A stretch of 63,674 nucleotides of DNA, filler included, from Pelomyxa schiedti (Eukaryota; Protista; Evosea), in assembly GCA_020536535.1 (NCBI GenBank). It is 13 parts of 13 records of this genome, joined end to end, with 100 filler letters (N's around TTAATTAATTAA, not from the genome) between each part and the next. Parts side by side here need not be neighbours in the genome. Positions count along the whole stretch, not along the records: positions 25,789 to 27,624 come from JAHLWZ010002245.1; positions 27,725 to 30,134 come from JAHLWZ010002002.1; positions 30,235 to 44,932 come from JAHLWZ010000247.1; 10 more parts are not named here. One strand, given 5' to 3'. Position numbers and translations under genes: made by a program. Below the pieces are notes generated by a model, which searched no databases, was not told the origin of the DNA, and saw nothing but the letters and a program-made list of their open reading frames with translations. This document shows, in pieces, positions 25,789-38,705 of the stretch; the first letter of the stretch is position 1; each line of letters begins with the position of its first letter.

Positions 25789-27624
25789 AATCTATCAATG
25801 CTGATGCTCATACTGCTCATAAGAAACGCAGTGATACATACCAGTGCATGCATGAGCTCATCAAGGAGTTAATGCCGCAAGTTCCTATGTTCACAGAGTA
25901 CTTTGATGCTCTCTGCACCATTACCTTTTTTGCACACTACGTTTCAACCTTGGTAGAATGTGGACTTCAACCTGATGTTAGCTTCAGCAAGCCAGAACCT
26001 CTTGAGCCGTTCCCAGATGCGATGCCGCCAATCCCAGTTCGAAAAATAGTTTCTTTCCCCGTAAAAGTCACTTTGGGGGATTTATCACTCGCATCTCCTT
26101 CCTTAAATGAAACTGACATGAATCTTCTGCTAAACGATGTTCTTAATGGCCACTGTTTCTCTTTTTCAAAAATGGAACCAATGGTTCTTAGTGCTGCTGG
26201 CTCTGCAATACGCGGAAAACTGCTTCAGTTTATGCCACAAGCTGAAACTCTGTGTTATGATGATGACGAGATAAGAGTTCCTATTGTTGCTGGTGTTGTA
26301 TGGGGTGTAGCAAGCAAAATGATACAGGAAATGTCTTCAGTCCCCCTTAATTTATGGAAGCAGTTGTTCACAGAAATACAGCCCTCACAGAATGACGATA
26401 TAACTAAAAGAATTATAAGTGCAAAGTCTTTTGATCAACGCATAATTATCTGTAAGAAAGAAGCTGATCTACTTCTGCAGTCCCAAACAGACCATGAGAA
26501 GAACAAAATTGAGCTCCAGCGTGCTCAAGTAGAAAAAAAAATTCAAGAGTCAGCTGCCACCGCTTTACAGAAAGAACTTGACGAGTTGAGAGTAAAGGAG
26601 GCAGAAGCCTATTCTGTGGTAAGGAGCAACTTTTGCAGTAGACTTGAGGCTCTTGAGAAAGAAGCTAATGACGCAAGTGCCTCAATTACTGCTAAAGTTA
26701 ACAGCTGCCCACAAGGTTATTCTGTTGACACTGCGCAAGTCACTGCAGCTCGCGCGGATATTAACGCCCAAGTTGTCAATCAGCGTAATAAAATTAACCA
26801 AGCACTGGCAGAGGAAGAAAATTCAATTGCTTTACAGATTCGGAACCTAGAATATGAACTGAGACAAACGATCGAGAAGAAGAAGAAAGAAAATCTCGAC
26901 GAATTGCAAGTACAAGCACTAGCTGAACAAAGGAATCTGGAGGATCGAGCAATGCGAGCTCAGAAGGAGTTGCAAGACAAGTTGACAAAGATACAAGTTG
27001 ATTCGAGAAGTATGTTCACCTTGCTGTTGAAGACAAATGGGGGTCATGTTCTACTTGATGGCCTACGTTTATCAGTCATATCAATCTCCAACGCTGCCGA
27101 ACAATGGTCAAACACAGTAATTGGTGGTTGTACAGTATCATGCAACATAACCCCCCAAGTCCGAGCAGAAGCGCTCTCTTTCTCTTTGAAAAGTCAGTTG
27201 ACTTCTACCCGGGCCATGCAAGCAGAGTCCATTGTAACAGTTGATGACATAAATTACTGGCTTTTTGATGTGAAAATTGTGAACGAGTCACTGAATGGAC
27301 CCTCGAGTCGCCAACTGCCCTCCCCTACTCTTCATAAGGAAGGTGTAACTGAAGAGGACTTTGATATTGGCCTTCTGCAAGTCGTTACCGGTGGTCCCAG
27401 TCAAAAAATTGGATGGAAAAGTGCTCTGTGCCATCTCGCATGCACTGGAAACACTTCTTTACTGGGCTTCATCGTGGCTAAGAACCCACAGCACAAAGCA
27501 TCTGCAATTTCGGCTGTCAATATTCCCGACTTAGAAATTGGTATGAGCCCTCTTTTGATTGCCACATGCAGAAATGATGTCTTAATGGCTAAGCTTCTTC
27601 TGGATGGTCTCCTGGCAGACCCCA
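25789..27624 (+). CDS. Internal fragment of a large coiled-coil plus ankyrin-repeat protein (both ends missing)
   Basis: One frame is open across the whole contig. E/K/Q-rich heptads, then SALCHLACTGNTSLL and GMSPLLIATCRNDVLMAKLLL ankyrin motifs. Confidence 0.75.
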
Positions 27625-28919
27625 NNNNNNNNNNNNNNNNNNNNNNNNNNNNNNNNNNNNNNNNNNNNTTAATTAATTAANNNNNNNNNNNNNNNNNNNN
27701 NNNNNNNNNNNNNNNNNNNNNNNNCCGGTTGTTGCGGTGGTGGTTGCGTGGTAGTGTGGGGTCTCTCGGCAGAGACAGAGGCCCCGCTGGAACAAGGTTC
27801 AGACGACATCCTGCCCTTGCTGTTTATTATGGCGATCAGATTTGAGCAAATCCGCGAATCAAGCTGCGACAGTCGAAGACCCCAACAGGATCAAAGAGAG
27901 TCTGCATTGGTTGAGATGCATGGTTTGTGTGTCTGCAGGTTGAGAGAACAGTTGTGAGGTGGAGGATTGATTCTTCAGCACTCTGATCAATTGGGAGATG
28001 TTTCTGGGCACAGTTCCACCTGAGATTGCATTCCAAGAATTGTTGATTCTTCTTTCACATTTCCATTCACAGGGTTTTTGCATGACCATCAACCAAAAAT
28101 GTATGTATTTGCACCACATACAAGCTCATTTCACCCTTGGATCACCATGGATGGATGTTGTATTTGGGAGGAGCAAGTGCTAGACAAATCACCTTTGGCC
28201 TGAGGTTTCCAGTTGGAACTTCAGCAGCCTTTGAAAGAAGACACTGGGTGTCTCATTTCTCAAAAACCACAAACATAATGGCTATGCATTATACAGCAGT
28301 GGTCATCAGTCTGAAAAACTCCCCCTTGGGACAACACCCAACAACACATGGGCAAGCAGGTCCTGCTGGGGAGATCTTGAAAAAAAAATAGTAAATTTCA
28401 CAGTACCATTTTTTAATGGTAAAACTGTGGCTATGATACTGTTAAGCCTGGGCAGCAGCTCTTTGGTGGTACCACTGGTGTGATTGCTGCAGTGGTTGTG
28501 GTCTGATTGTGGTCTTCTTTACCCGGCTGTTCAGTGTAAGAAGCAATGGTGTTGTCTTGTTTCTGGGGAGTGTATTCAGTTACAACTGGCTCCTTGCTTT
28601 GCTCTGCTGTCCTTTTGGAGTAGCTGATCAAGTGTTGTTTATGCTGGCCATGTCAAAGATCCCATCAAGGTGGTCTGTCTTTTTTTCTGTTTTGGTTGTT
28701 TTCATCTTGAAAAAGAATTGTTGCTTGTGTTGTTTCAAAGTCTCCTGTGGGATGTGACCAACAATGTGCAGGAGTGTGTGAGCCATATGGTGTGCCTCAT
28801 TTTTCTTGAACATCCATGGTTGATTGTTGACTTAGAGGCATTTTGTGAAGAAGAAATTGATTGGGTACATTCCAACAAGGAATGGCATTCGTACACAGTC
28901 CGATCAACATAAGAAATGA

Positions 28920-29760
28920 GATGATGATGGAGGCACTTTTTGAGTTGCAAGTGGGAAACATTGACTCTGCGATCGCTCTTGTTGCCAACGCATCCTCCTT
29001 GTTTGAATCTGAGATGATCAGTATCAATCGTGTCGTGTGCCGTGTATCTTTCCTTTGTTTTCATCCAACCAACAACAAATCAAAGGGGAATTGTGTCCTA
29101 AGTGCGAATACCTGCCTGGTCTGTTGCTCCTTCATTGCCTCTGTTGTGTCATCAACAACCACAAGTCACTTCATCAGCACATTCCAACGTGCCTGTCTCT
29201 GGTTTTCTCTCGTGCCATCTCCTTCACACAAGGAGAAATGAGAACACATTGCAAGCGTGTGATGACTTACGCTAGCCAAACCTCAGAACAAGAATGGACT
29301 GACCTCGTGTCAGTGGCATCATTGAGAGGAAACGTGGAGCATCAACAACCACCATCATCCACAACAGCAAAACAGTCGTTGTCCTACATGTACTTTGTTG
29401 CTCTGTATTGCTGGGGTTCAGACAACTTGCAAAATGGCCAATGTTCATCATCCGCAGCACACATATTTGGTGAAATGAGTGCAAAGATTCCAGCCCCAGG
29501 ATCATCAAGTGTTCATGAACACAGCAGCAATCCCTCCATGGTGGCCACTTGTTCTGCCAGTCAGATTAACTGGTGTATGTCTGCTGTAACGTATCTGGGT
29601 GTATGATACAGGAACGGTGTTGGGGGTGTTAAAAAGGATGTGCACAAGGCAGTTCCACTGTTCCAGAGGTCATCAAAATGCAGCTTACAGACTTCTCTAC
29701 ACAGAATGCAACACCTGAACAAAGAGAAATTGAAACCATCTTTGGAAAAGAATAAAATAA
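28920..29760 (+). pseudogene. Sel1/TPR-repeat protein relic
   Basis: AVTYLGV*YRNGVGGVKKDVHKAVPLFQRS is a Sel1 repeat with an in-frame TGA at 29604-29606; upstream frameshifts. Confidence 0.6.
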
Positions 29761-30234
29761 TGAACCAAAGTCCCGACAGGATCAAAAAGTTGTGGTGTTA
29801 TTCGGGTGTTTTTTTTTATCCACATGGATCTCAGTAATAAGAACACTTGAGACTGCGTTGTCGGTTAAGAATAACCAAAGAATTAGGAATTTCTGCCAGA
29901 GCGGTGTGTCCTCCATAACAGCTGTGTACTGTAAGCATTACTCTCGTTATTTTCCAGGCTAGTGCACTAGAATGTGACGGCAGTAAAGTTGAAAGTAGGA
30001 TTTTTTTCAACCCATGGTTAGACCCGTTAACGATAAAAAATGAAAACATTTTGTTGGTGTTACCCTGTTGCAACAATTTGGGGCTCAAACTAACTCCACC
30101 CAAAAAACACACAAAAATTCGAAATCTCCTCACCNNNNNNNNNNNNNNNNNNNNNNNNNNNNNNNNNNNNNNNNNNNNTTAATTAATTAANNNNNNNNNN
30201 NNNNNNNNNNNNNNNNNNNNNNNNNNNNNNNNNN

Positions 30235-30853
30235 CACTGGGCATAGTCCAGCCCCACTCCCACAAGTGGGTCCGCGACCGCCGTCGCTGGCGGCAGTGCC
30301 CTGCGCCCCCGCGCCCCCGCGTTTAATCCGGCACTTGATGTCACTATCAGCAGCCGGTTCCTCGTAGTTGCATTGGGTACATACATCTGACCAATGGGAC
30401 TGTGAGTCGCCATTTTCGCCGCGCAACGGTGGCCTTTTGTTTCTTTCTTTCCTTTCCGTTTGACTGTACACCGATTTCGACTTGGAGCAGAACCAAGTCT
30501 TGAAATTCTTCAAAAAACAGGAAACAAGACGGCAAAACATCAAATTTTTGATTGTGTGGTGATGGTGCTATAGTGGTGATGTTACATAATGGAGCAGCCA
30601 CAGCAACCAGAGGACTTTTCTTGCTTGGATATGAGAGAGGACCTCTCGTCGCCGTCTGCTGCGTGTGATTCCGTTGTCATCACGGCTGCGTTTGGTGACT
30701 GCACGTGGGACGACGACACTGAGCCTGTTGGCGTCGATGTCTTGATCATGCTGGAGTTCTTCTTCTTCTCCTCGGCGTACTCGGAGTCGAACATGGAGCG
30801 CTTCTCGAAGTACTTCCAGAATCCTTTCCGCATCTTGATTTTGACTTCATTGT
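30235..30853. repeat. Variant duplicate of 30954-31553 (3' end of the RhoGEF, with intact CaaX)
   Basis: Near-identical sequence either side of a 100-N gap; this copy ends SSGCCGCSIM* (stop at 30582). Confidence 0.9.
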
Positions 30854-31065
30854 NNNNNNNNNNNNNNNNNNNNNNNNNNNNNNNNNNNNNNNNNNNNNNN
30901 NNNNNNNNNNNNNNNNNNNNNNNNNNNNNNNNNNNNNNNNNNNNNNNNNNNNNCACTGGGCATAGTCCAGCCCCACTCCCACAAGTGGGTCCGCGACCGC
31001 CGTCGCTGGCGGCAGTGCCCTGCGCCCCCGCGCCCCCGCGTTTAATCCGGCACTTGATGTCACTA

Positions 31066-33612
31066 TCAGCAGCCAGTTGCATTGGGTACATACATCTGCC
31101 CAATGGGACTGTGAGTCGCCATTTTCGCCGCGCAACGGTGGCCTTTTGTTTGTTTCTTTCTTTCCTTTCCGTTTGACTGTACACCGATTTCGACTTGGAA
31201 CAGAACCAAGTATTGAAATTCTTCAAAAAAGAGGAAACAAGGCAAATTTTTGATGGTGTGGTGATGGTGCAATAGTGGTGATGTTACATAATGGAGCAGC
31301 CAGCAACCAGAGGACTTTTCTTTCTTGGCTATGAGAGAGGACCTCTCGTCGCCGTCTGCTGCGTGTGATTCCGTTGTCATCACGGCTGCGTTTGGTGACT
31401 GCACGTGGGACGACGACACTGAGCCTGTTGGAGTCGATGTCTTGATCATGCTGGAGTTCTTCTTCTTCTCCTCGGCGTACTCGGAGTCGAACATGGAGCG
31501 CTTCTCGAAGTACTTCCAGAATCCTTTCCGCATCTTGATTTTGACTTCATTGTTGCGCTTTTCTCGGAGCGAAGGGTCCTTCTCAACCAGTTCCTCAGTG
31601 AGCCTGTGTTTTAGTTACTTCATGGTTATTGGTTTAGACCGCACCTGGTGATATCATTTACCCACACGGTTTTGTCATTAAGAGTTTCTGAGTAAAAAGT
31701 CCAAGTCTTATTTGGCCCCACGATTTGAAAGAGGTTCTTCACCTGTAAGGTTTTAGTGATTAGGAAAGGGTGGAATAGTTTTGTAACCTTAGGTGTGTCA
31801 TCAAGCGGTCTCACCCAGGCAGCACTCAATTCAATGGAACCGTTGTATTTGAAGTAGTTACCAACGCGAGAATGCGAGTAAACTATCAAATCATTAAATA
31901 GAAACAAACGGCAAATAGTCTCAAAGCGGCTGGTTATTTTGTGGACATCTCCCTGTTGTGAGTAAGTCTGAGTGAATCGGGGAATTATGTCAACCTCTCT
32001 CACAAAGTGTCTGTGAGCTTCAAGCAAAGAGGGTACATTGCTTCCAATCAAAGAGTTTTGAATTCGGAGAGCCTGTGACATTGTTTCTTCGCTATGCATG
32101 TCTACAGGTAAATAAGAATCGAGTTAATCCGACCGTACACACAGGAATTGATCTCGGAGGCAATTGCCGCCAGGAGGTCAATGGCTCTTGATAGCTTTTG
32201 TGAATCCGGGTGATCTGCTGCAGTGTGTTTTGCTGCATCATGGTGCATAAGAAGATATCTAAATGCCAGTAAGTTCGGTTTTAAGGAAGGCACGGCGAAT
32301 ACCGCGGAACACGTTGAACCGGTAAAATAAGAAGGGATGAAATAGTCAGTTTTACCTTAACCGGGATAAATATGTGACTCAAAAGTTAGAACCATGTACT
32401 TGCGCATTGGTGGCAGATGGATTCGACATGGATGATCTACAAACTTCTATCCAAGCCTCCTTTGCAAGCAAGGTATCGAGCGTTTTGGTTGCAATGTTGT
32501 AATTTGCAGCATATTCCTTGTAGAGACGCAACATCTACACATTCATGAGAGAGTGCGAAAACTTGGGAATAATAACTGGGCCAATGGATGTAAACACAGT
32601 TGCAAAAGATGAATTGGATGACCAACTTCCTAGTTGCACTTCAAGTCTTGAGAGAATTTCCTTGCTGAGTCCGTGAATAGATTTTACATTTGAAAATACA
32701 GCATTTACTTCAGACTAGAAAGTCGTTAAAGGAGTCCCTATTAAAAGAAGCTTACTTCTGGTAATACAAGTGACGAAGGGTCAACAAATTTTATAATGAG
32801 GTCGTTGAGTGATTGACAGTACTGTCTTTCAGTCGTAAGCATTTCTATTTTGTTGCTTAGAAAAGGGTTGTCATTTTCAGAAAAAAGCCAACGCACACCC
32901 GTGGCTACCATAAATCTGTGATCCTTTGGAGGCTCTTCCACCGGAGTCACAGGGGCTGGTAGTGATACAGCCCTAGAAGTTTCTGTTGGGGTGCCGGCGG
33001 CGACTGGTACTTTGCTGGGGGCGTTGGCTTCGGCTGCCACTTGTGAAGGAGGAATCCGCATAGATTGGGCTGGTGGGCGTTGGGGCTGCATAAGATTTTG
33101 ATGCACATTGGGGTCGAAATGACACCCGTGCTCGTCATGTGTAGCAGGTGGGTGAAGGCAGTTCCTACATCTGTTCGCCTGAACCAATAGGGGTTAACCG
33201 TTGAGTTGTGAGGGCTTAAGAAAACAATCCAGGAAAAAACAAAACAAAACTATGTGGACACCAACTATATTCCATGAACACCAAATCAAATCAAACCAAA
33301 CCAAGCCAAACGAAATTCCAGCAAACACACACACACCTTAAATGCGTGGGGTTCGTATTCAGGACACCAACAGATCGCCCGCGACGCAGGCAACGCACTC
33401 GCCGACAAGCGATCCCCAGCCGACGACGTCGATGAAGTGGCAGTACTAGTAGTAGTGGTTGTGGTTGTGGTTGTGGAGGTGGTTGTGGGCAGGGCCGACG
33501 CCGACAAGTTGGCGACGGTGCTGCGCTGCTGTTGGTGTTGGTGTTGGTGTTGACTACTACGGGCGGGCGAGGCGCCTGCTACGCCGCCGGTTGTTGGTGT
33601 CGTAGATGCCAT
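31066..33612 (-). CDS. DH-PH Rho guanine nucleotide exchange factor with N-terminal Cys/His motif, multi-exon
   Basis: DH: EMLTTERQYCQSL, VFSNVKSI, LRLYKEYAANY, SLLILPVQRVPRYLL, HPDSQKL. PH: RLFLFNDLIVY...FYSET...VWVNDI. N-terminal CWCPEYEPHAFK/ANRCRNCLHPPATH. Confidence 0.88.
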
Positions 33613-33841
33613 AAGACGCTGTGTCGCTGGATCTGTACGTTAAAACCACCGGCCGCTCAAACGACCTTCTCCCTCGTTGGGCAAAAGTGGTTGGAATTGT
33701 AAATTTTGTTGATCGGCGTTTCCTCCAGATCAGAGGCTTTGAGGGCTGTGTGCCCACATTCCTCTCAAACTGTGCACTCTGAACGGTCATGAGGAAGTGG
33801 AACTACTGCTTCCAGAGACTAAGGTTTTTTTTCTATTTGTT

Positions 33842-34962
33842 CTAGGACAATGAACAACCATCTGTGCTTCCCGTTTTCTTCTTTTTCACTTTGGAGCGCC
33901 TCCTTTTTTCTTCCCTGTGTTGGGAGTCATGTGCCTCTGCAACAATGAGAAGGTCGCGGTATGTACTGGCCAATGCTGCATTCCAGCATTCTAGAAGACC
34001 CTGGCCTGTGTTACATGACACCTGGGTAATAGGTGAAAATCTAATAATTTGGTGTTAATCCTACCTCAAAGTAGGGCACACCACCAAGTTCAGAACAGAG
34101 TGATTGTATCTCCTCAGGTGCAACTGCTCGTGCCAAATCACACTTATTGCCAACAATAAATACCTTGGGCAGAAGGTCACCTGTTTCAGCGCCAGTATAC
34201 CTTGTGATTTCCGTGACCCAGAGGGGAACTACTGCAAATGACTCATGGTCGCTCAGGTCAAAGATAACGAAGAAACCTTGCTCAAGTAAGTGGGGTGCAT
34301 CGTTTTTAGGTTAAAGATACCAACACACTTCCTGTGCCAAGAAACGCAAACATGACGGAATCTTTCCTCACCAGCTGAATCCCACATCTATCTCCCTTGT
34401 GTGTGGAAATGGAAAAAGAAGGGAGAACCTTGGTTTGTAAAACTGTATGCTTCCCCTTTTCCGCCAAGTCAAATGTTCCATGATAGAAACCCTCACCATC
34501 ACACTGGAAACTTGTTGTCTCTAAGTAAATATAAACTAATAAATATTGGCCCAGAAAACCGCCACACCATTTTGATTTAGTTTGAATGAAATACAAGTAG
34601 CAAATACAACACAAAGCATTGGCATTAATTAATTACACACAGTCACCTGGCAGTGGCCCCGATGTCCTGCCCTGTATGCACCGTGACATGAACGTCGACT
34701 TGCCCACGTTGGCCTCCCCAGTGGAAGCCAAGGATATCACCCACTCCCATTCCCCTTGTCGTTGTCCTCCTTGTTGCTGCTTTGGTTTGGTGCCGCCGCA
34801 AACTGCTGCTGCACACGGTGAGGTTGATGATGATGATGCCGGCGGGCGGTGACGTGACATGCCAATGTATCGTGAGTAGTTCCGCTGCTGCTGTTCAGTC
34901 AATGATGACGACGATGATCTAGTCGTGCACGACGACGACGTGGTTGTTGTTGTTGTGGCCAT
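33842..34962 (-). CDS. Divergent Rab/Ras-superfamily small GTPase A, multi-exon
   Basis: GEANVGKST (G1), MWDSAGEERF (G3), VIFDLSDHESF, IVGNKCDL (G4), FE/VSC (G5); polybasic tail ending GCSLS*. Confidence 0.82.
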
Positions 34963-35101
34963 AGTGACAGATTGTTAGGGTTTGTGTTCCACAAAAAAAC
35001 GGTTATTTTTTTTTTTTTCGTGGTGCTTATTTGGTTTGATTTAGATGAAGATGCCGGGGAATCAAGAACCTGGTGGGGTGGTATGAGGACTCACTTGTGA
35101 A

Positions 35102-36292
35102 TCAGTTGTGTGTTTGTGGGGGTGGTGGGAGAGTACTTTTATCAGGGGGCGCTGGAATGTGGGGTCCTGATTGGCACCCTTCCTCATGGAATCCACAGCA
35201 GCTCCAGGAGGTCTCACGGTCCTGCGCGGAGGGAAGCCAGTTAGTGGAGATTATTGGTTGTAAGTACATACTCCCTATTATCATTAAAGAAGTGGGTGTT
35301 GACTCGCCGACACGTGAATCAAAGGAGAAATTTAGTAAAGAGATATCATACATCCTGGGTTTGTTAAGAAGAGGATTGGGAGATTGTTACACACATTCCA
35401 CTGGTGAATCGGAGATAGCGTTTGAAATATTTAGAAGGAGGTATTTACGATTTGTTGTTACGTACATAAGAGACTACCTGATGATTGTGTAAGTGAGGGA
35501 ATGAAAGAATATGTTGTGCCATACTTCCTAAGGTAAATTTCCCACCCAAATTTAGGTGCCGGTTATTAATAGGATGTTAAAGAACAAAGGTAACATACAG
35601 ACTGTGGGAAATCAGAAATAGAGGAAAAAAAGAGAAAGATGCATACAGTCTTTTCAAAGCCAATAAAGAAATGAGTTCAAAATTTAGTTAGTTACACGGA
35701 AAATAAAAGAAGTGGCAGCAGTACCCCCTAAATAGAATGGTAAATTAGTCGACAAGACAAGAGAAAAGTTACAGTGTGCCAGCGGCATGGATTCTCAGTT
35801 TGGCCTGGAATGTATATTTTCCAGCACCTCCCGCATAGTGTTGGGATGACGACTTTCATTATCTTGGCAATAGCCACCCCAACTTCTGCAGGAACCCTCA
35901 TCCTGCACATCAAACTCTGCACACCTTTTTACAAAAGCACTGAAGTTAGAAAATGCCAATTTACAATCAAAACACAACGACGTCACAGTGTGTTACACAG
36001 TAAGCACATCCAGCACGATGGGACAAAAGAACGAACCAGTCCTGCTGTGCCACCCACACAAGAACTGTATGTACACAACAATCGACAATGGCACCGTGCT
36101 CACACGCGACTTGACAGCAACAGCCCCGCGCCGGCGATAACGACGACGAGCACCACCACCGCCGCTGTTGCCGTTGTTATTCTGCTGTGATCCTGTTGTT
36201 GTTGTTGTTGTTTTGGGTTTCGCTGTGGTGGTGGCAGTGTTTTTGTTGCTGTTGTTGGTGATGTTGGCTTTGTTTTTCTTGTGGCGAGGCAT
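35102..36292 (-). CDS. Unknown protein with QFLCGWHSRTG motif and split Cys/His finger (paralog 1)
   Basis: MPRHKK...QFLCGWHSRTG/VQSLMCRM...CGRCWKIYIPG...CRWH...WSCCGFHEEGCQSGPH; homologous to 36438-37720. Confidence 0.6.
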
Positions 36293-36437
36293 TGTGGGTG
36301 ACTGTTTATCGATGGGCCAACCGACGGTCACAACCGAAAAAAAAAAGAATCTTCTTCTGCTTCTTTCAACTTCTCTGAAGTTCGTTGTAGCTTTTGTTGG
36401 TACTGTTGTGCTCGTGGCTCTTTTCGATAGAGGTATC

Positions 36438-37720
36438 TCACAACGCATTCCTTAACCTAAGGGGGTGTGACTTTTCTTTGATGCTGGGGATCAGATTACT
36501 ATTGTTGGTTGCCTCTGGAGGCAATGTGGCAATGTGGGGAGCAGACTTGCACGGTCTATCAGAGAATCCACAGCAGCTCCAAAATGACTCACGGTCCTGC
36601 ATTAAGATGGCGTTAACTGGAATAATTGGTCAAGGAAGTGCATACTCCCTGTGAAAACAGAAGCCGGTGTTTTACGACACATCAAATAATCACATAAGAA
36701 TGAGAAATATCATACATCCTATGCGTTGAGGGTGGGAACTTGCTTTTGATTTTTTAAGGGCACCGCACATTCCACTTGGGTAGTACAAACAGAGCGTGAA
36801 GTATAAATATCATTAGAAAGAAGAACCTGGCAATTTCGCTACACACATAAGAGACAGTCTGTTATGGTAGTGTAAGGAAGGGAATGAAAGAGTCTGGAAA
36901 ATACTTCCTAAGCCAATTGTGCAAGTAAGTGTAGAAATGTATCGACCGGTTTGATTCGAAATGTTAACGAAAAGATTTTAGCGTGTCAGTGCATACAGAC
37001 TGAGGAAATCAGAAAAAGCGAAAAAAATAATGAAATGTACATACTGTCTTGTCCAAATCAACAGAGAAAAAAGTACGAGGTGTTAGTTTCAAAATAAAGG
37101 TAAAGGTGGCAGTCATACACCCTACCGAGTCAGTCAACTTTACAATCAGTTCTTGAAATGGGAAAGTTACAGGGTGCCAGCGGCATTCGTCACTGGTGCT
37201 TAGGCCCGGAATGTACGTTGTCCAGCACCTTGCACATCGCGTTGGGATTACAACTTTCATTATCTTGGCAATAGCGAGCCCTACTTCTTCCGGTACACTC
37301 ATTCTGCACATAACGCTTTTCGCACCTTTCAACAGTGTTAGCAATTCCACAATTCAAACTATTAAGTAATGTTCAATAAAAAAGAACCCAACCGGTCCTC
37401 CTGTGCCATCCACACAAGAACTGTATGTACACAACAATCAATGTGGGCACCGTTCTCACACACGGCTTCACAGCAACCACCGATTCAGCAGGTGGCTCTT
37501 GCACCACTGGAATAACAACAACAGCGGCAGTGCCGCCAACAATGCTAAGACCGTGGCCGCTATCTGATTGTGATTGTGATTGTAATGCCACGGAGATGGT
37601 TGTTGTTGCTATTGGTGTTCTGTGAGCAGTGGTCTTGTTGTTGTTACTGGTGGGCCTCTTGTTGTTGTTTTTGTTGTTCCTTTTGGTTATGTTGGTTCTA
37701 TTTCTCTTGTGGCGAGGCAT
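36438..37720 (-). CDS. Unknown protein with QFLCGWHRRTG motif and split Cys/His finger (paralog 2)
   Basis: MPRHKR...QFLCGWHRRTG/AKSVMCRM...CARCWTTYIPG...CRWHP...WSCCGFSDRPCKSAPH. Confidence 0.6.
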
Positions 37721-37802
37721 TGTTGGTGAAAAAACCACCAAAACTGATTGGTCAGAACGTTGCTTTCGTCGAAAGGGACCCTTTTATCCGTTGGCAACGG
37801 TG

Positions 37803-37934
37803 ATGGCAGCGTCACCCATAATTATTGTCAACTGGGAGCGATACACCAAGTATATGATTGGTGGGGGTGACAGTCCATGGGAGGTGCGCGTCGGGCTCGT
37901 TGGGGAGCCCGGCCTCGGCAAAACAACATTCAGG
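37803..37934 (+). CDS. 5' fragment of small GTPase B (cut by gap)
   Basis: MAASPIII...GLVGEPGLGKTTF, near-identical to the gene starting at 41932. Confidence 0.7.
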
Positions 37935-38705
37935 NNNNNNNNNNNNNNNNNNNNNNNNNNNNNNNNNNNNNNNNNNNNNNNNNNNNNNNNNNNNNNNNNN
38001 NNNNNNNNNNNNNNNNNNNNNNNNNNNNNNNNNNATACTTTGATTTTCAGTCGAACAACCTTCAAGCCTCTTAGCCCGCGGCAAAGGGTCAACTCGTTGT
38101 AAAACACATAGCCCACAAATAGGAGGAGAAATCAGCTCATTTGGCCTGAGTTCAGCGGAGGTAATCACCAAAAGAGTTTCTGCAGGAAAAGTACAGCACG
38201 AAAAACAAAATTTTCTAAGTCAGTGATGTTCAACGAAGCGTTTTAACACCACCCCGCACGCTCCGTGTTGGGAGGGGAACACATTTTGGTGCACCACTCC
38301 GTTCTTTTTGGCCGTGGCCCAAAAAAAAAAAGTGTTTCCCCCTCGCAGCCGACCTACCTCTATGTAGCTCCCGAAAAATTTTAAATAAAGATGTGGTGTA
38401 CAACCAACACCACATCCCGAACAAAAAAAACCGAGCCCGACCACAAAAAAAACAGGCCGTCGGTTGCGGCAACCAGAAACCCAATGCCCGGTGGGTACAA
38501 CAAAAACCGACAGTAAAACAACACCACATCACTTGGCTACACCACCGCACGCAACGCACGTAGGACGCAACACTAAAATTTTTAAATTTTCAGTCTACTT
38601 TTAAATTTCCTATAATTTGATAAATCGACCCTGAGTCTAGGCAGAGTGTTCCACCCAACATATGTTATCTCTGGGATGGACTCTCTCACTGATTTGAGTT
38701 GCCTC

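Noticed and set aside
29604-29606. In-frame TGA at a Cys-like position in a Sel1 repeat (and TGA at 55518) as possible stop-codon recoding
   Set aside because: Both lie in sequences with other lesions, 55518 is a CGA>TGA mutation, and TGA terminates intact genes such as CFAP298 and ZNRD2.
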